Shown: piece after piece, positions 43,641-44,186 of the stretch | Position numbering within the stretch: the first letter of the stretch is position 1 | Layout of the letters: each line of letters begins with the position of its first letter | From: an uncultured virus (IMG/VR IMGVR_UViG_3300032138_000963) | Taxonomy: Duplodnaviria > Heunggongvirae > Uroviricota > Caudoviricetes | Strand: one strand, 5' to 3' | DNA length: 44,186 bases | Virus record (IMG/VR): IMGVR_UViG_3300032138_000963 | Notes under the pieces: generated by a model | Database searches by the model: none | Told to the model about the DNA's origin: nothing | The model's input: the letters and a program-made list of their open reading frames with translations, nothing else | Translations under genes and position numbers: made by a program

Positions 43641-44030
43641 TCAGGCCGCCCGACTCTGGTAGGACCGCATCCAGATTCGATATCGCTCGACCTCGATGGC
43701 GGCGATATCGATTTGCGGGTAGCGGTCGAGAAGATTGACGATCTGCCGCCCGATCTCGTAGGCGTCCGCCTGCGTCACGAACGCGTAGCAGTGCACGCCA
43801 TGATCGGCGGGCAAAGCGAGCCTGAGACCATCGATGCCGCCGACGACTCGATGCAGTGTTCGATGCCAGAGCAAGCTGCCACACTTTTGCATCGTAATCT
43901 CGCCGTCCTCCCAGATCTGGAAAACGTGGTCGCATTCGACCTTGGCGAGTTCTGGATTGTGAGCCAACTTGATCAGCTCATGAATCGAAGCGAGGTCGGC
44001 CTCGAAGCTCTCGACGTTTGAAGTCTTCAT
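43641..44030 (-). CDS. hypothetical protein (start MKTSNV)
   Basis: ORF tiling; GEITMQKCGSLLW. Confidence 0.7.
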   Translation of the reverse strand: MKTSNVESFEADLASIHELIKLAHNPELAKVECDHVFQIWEDGEITMQKCGSLLWHRTLHRVVGGIDGLRLALPADHGVHCYAFVTQADAYEIGRQIVNLLDRYPQIDIAAIEVERYRIWMRSYQSRAA

Positions 44031-44097
44031 TGTTTTCTCTCGGAATCGAAAGGAGTTGAAAAGGAAAAGCGGAGGCGCACGCGAGCGGCGGGCGGTT

Positions 44098-44186
44098 CTA
44101 TGCTGCTGAAAGGAGCGAGCACAAGGCCTCTCGGGCGTCGTACTCGATTTTGCCGGCGTCGCTGCGAACCTTCGCACCGTCGGCGT
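44098..44186 (-). CDS. 3' end of a gene entering from the right edge (...GKIEYDAREALCSLLSAA*)
   Basis: Open frame ending in TAG at 44098-44100. Confidence 0.45.
   Translation of the reverse strand, partial: ADGAKVRSDAGKIEYDAREALCSLLSAA

Noticed and set aside
1..44186. Stop-codon reassignment
   Set aside because: Genes ending in TGA, TAG and TAA all abut the next start, and helicase, orn and SprT are uninterrupted under the standard code.
1..44186. Visibly frequent TCGA tetramers
   Set aside because: Explainable by NTC-GAN codon pairs in acidic proteins at high GC; enrichment cannot be shown without counting.

Overview
A GC-rich 44 kb segment packed with about 115 short genes, all on the minus strand and mostly coupled by overlapping stop/start codons. 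No virion, terminase, polymerase, rRNA or housekeeping genes are visible. The best reading is the early/accessory region of a large phage or prophage genome. Two Cys-rich lipoproteins with TG/DG-repeat linkers point to a myxobacterial (Nannocystaceae-like) host. Recognisable products: a SAM-binding methyltransferase-fold protein running off the left edge (absent from the ORF track), a RecD2/Dda-type helicase with extra Zn fingers, oligoribonuclease (orn), a SprT-like protease, a second HEXXH protein, a Lar-like protein, DUF3228-, DUF6927-, DUF4240- and DMP19-like proteins, and two transglutaminase-like proteins. The most unusual signals are in the few intergenic gaps: a 115-nt tRNA-like RNA with a non-canonical core (32130-32244), two other highly structured gaps (5960-6165, 17365-17492), a 42-bp direct-repeated terminator flanking the DUF3228 gene, and an attenuator-like switch with a Met-Lys-Arg minigene (40650-40730). 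Several 24-42 aa membrane peptides missed by the ORF track also occur, two of them apparent paralogues 43 kb apart. Family names come from motif recognition by eye, not from database searches.
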